Below are positions 61,638-64,000 of a stretch of DNA of 64,000 nt, piece after piece. The DNA is from Antedon mediterranea. Its lineage: Eukaryota; Animalia; Echinodermata. The notes under the pieces are model-generated. The model made no database searches. It worked only from the letters and a program-made list of their open reading frames with translations, and was not told where the DNA came from. Positions within the stretch are counted from its first letter, which is position 1, and every line of letters begins with the position of its first letter. The stretch is from positions 25,251,365 to 25,315,364 of the forward strand of contig NC_092678.1 of NCBI RefSeq assembly GCF_964355755.1, read 5' to 3'. The translations under genes and the position numbers were made by a program.

Positions 61638-64000
61638 AAAATGTATATAGAGAAATGTTCTAACCTAGCCTTATTGCGCATCGCCAACGAATTCTAACTT
61701 TCTCTACAACCCAATAGATAGATACCCTACTACTACGTCAAAATCGAAATATTTTTTACTGTTATTGGCCTAACATAAATTTAAATATTTTCAGTCATTG
61801 TTTAAAAACATGTGAGCTTTATGGAACGTGATGAATGGCAGACTTTCGGTGGTAAACTGTTTCACACTGTTTCGAAGAAATATCAAGAAGAAGAAACACA
61901 TTTACGCGTATACTATCAACGTTTGAACGCGCGCGCGCGTTAAAGTTTATTCTCTTTCTTGATGACACTGCCTGACGATACTGTAATTGAAATCTATTTG
62001 TAGAATGTAATTAGTGATAGTAATTACAATACACACACATTCCAGCCCAAGTGCTGTATTCACTCGTGCACGTCAGCCATCAAATTGATTTTTTTTTTTT
62101 GATTTATTAGGGAAAAAACTGTCTAAATTCAGTTCAACAATTTTACAATGCGATGGTACTCGCGTTCAAAAACTTATAAAATATAATTTTGTGTATACGC
62201 ATGCTCTTACCCATTTATGCTCATAGGTGACGAAAGGCAAAGTATTATCATGGACAGATGGAATGATATTATTGCATAACATTTAGAAATACGTTTTAAA
62301 TAAATGATACAATAATTCTAAATCGATTTCGAGGAAAGACAAACATTTATCTGAAAAATGATACTGAATAGCATTACATTGGTGGCTTGTATATTGGTCT
62401 CACCTGGTTACCACTTAAGCATACGGTTTTATCAATCAAACAGATATTTACTGATAGCTTTACGTTACACGCCTAGGGCGATGAGTTAGGCCTGCTAAGT
62501 CTCACCTGAGGAACTAGGCCTATAAGTCGTTAAAGAAATACACCTGGTGTGAACAGGTAGCTAAGTCTAGACATAATATGTACATAATTATGAGCTGAAA
62601 TATTCCCATCGTTAAAGATGATTCACACGGCTTTTAGACCAATTGATTGATCAATTAATTACGTTTTGTCTTTAAAATAGCAAACGATGTCATTCTAATT
62701 AAAATCCATTCAAAATCTATGTTAGGGTTGTTGACAGTAATCAATAATAAACGGAATGTTCTTTATTAATAAAACGTCATTTTGTGTCCGCCCGTTTAAC
62801 AAGATTCAAATAAATGTAGCGATGGGTCTGGGTATAGTGTGTGCATGCCTGCCTGGTGCAGCAGTAAATGGACTGAAATAGTGCATATTATCATTTAATT
62901 TTTAAAAGGTTCTTTTGTCCAAAGACTTAATAGAATTAACGGTATATGTGACTTCGAATTGATATCTACTGTACCCCATGGACCAAACGCGTTATATGTG
63001 TCCATTTTGCGTTACATATTTTAGACCTAAACACACATTTGTAGGCCTACTAGTACTACTACTGGCCTTACATTTTTTTTTCAATTGACAACGGTGTCGC
63101 GCAATTGACAACGGTGTCGCGCAATTATTACACAATTTTTTCATTTTTAATTGATTTCTCAAATGCGTTGAAATAATCACAGAAGTTGAATTTATTAACA
63201 AACGTGCGTTGTTCATAATAACGTGGAGGGAATTTGTCGAAAATGAGCTAGAACTCATAAACTACGATGGAGAAAAGAAAAGAGCAGTCTTTTCAAACAC
63301 TGGAATCATTATGTAAATTTGATAAATTATCAATTGCATTCCTTCTGAATATGTTTTTACAAAACAAGCTAAATATACCTGCATTAACTATCGAAACTCT
63401 ACAAGGACGGGTTAACTGATATGAAGATAAGGAGCTAGCTACAAAATATGTGTTTACTTTGAAGAGGTCATGTATTTGTTATGGACATAAATTATAATAT
63501 TACTATTTATATACTGTTAATTGGGGTATTTTTACGGTGCTATTTTTGGTATGGTTTCCGTAAATCAACCTATGTTTATTTTTAATTTTATTAACATTTT
63601 TATAGGTTAATACTTGAAAATCAAACAATTACAACTCGAATGCTATTTGTTTAGCGATGTAAACAAAGCGTTTTATGTAATGTATTTTAGATAAAATAAA
63701 GCAAAATCTGTCCCTACAAAAAGAAAAGTAGTTTATTCTGCTTTATTAGAAAGTGAAATAATAATAATAACCTTATTGATTGTGAAGAATACGAAAACAA
63801 TTGTATTTCACAAGTTAGGTGAAAATTCCAGACAAGATAAGCCCGACGTTGTGGTATGTGATAATATGAATTTAAATTAGATATTAGCCTCAATTAGCCT
63901 ATCTTGAAATCTTTCCTGCACTGCACATTCCAACAATCTTTAGCTTTTAATTGTGTGGTTTGGGGACACTTTGGCCTTCATTGTTACTCGTCTAGATTCT

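Overview
AT-rich, intron-rich animal genomic DNA, most likely a marine invertebrate (inferred from gene content and repeat types). No prokaryotic features. Five protein-coding genes were reconstructed by hand from splice sites. (1) Most of a vertebrate-like Reelin gene (+, 536-32151, 51 exons in the window, eight EGF-containing reelin repeats, 5' end upstream of the window). (2) A TraB-domain gene (TRABD-like, -, 34034-36555) convergent with Reelin. (3) Head-to-head with it, an LRR + ADP-ribosylglycohydrolase fusion gene (+, 37501-44566) whose two metal-binding motifs are degenerate. (4, 5) Two tandem two-exon genes (-, 48275-50691 and 60230-60820) for secreted 10-Cys prokineticin/colipase-fold peptides. 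Both have a signal peptide, acidic propeptide, EKR cleavage site and a predicted mature N-terminus 'FP' instead of AVIT. Introns and intergenic DNA carry about 18 copies of one Harbinger-type MITE, other MITEs, tRNA-derived SINEs, LINE fragments and many minisatellites. The best leads are the FP-prokineticin-like peptide pair with a CRE-motif cluster between them, the LRR-pseudo-ARH fusion, and a Reelin that keeps the dimerisation cysteine but lacks both canonical receptor-binding lysines. All comparisons with vertebrate proteins are from memory and need alignment to confirm.
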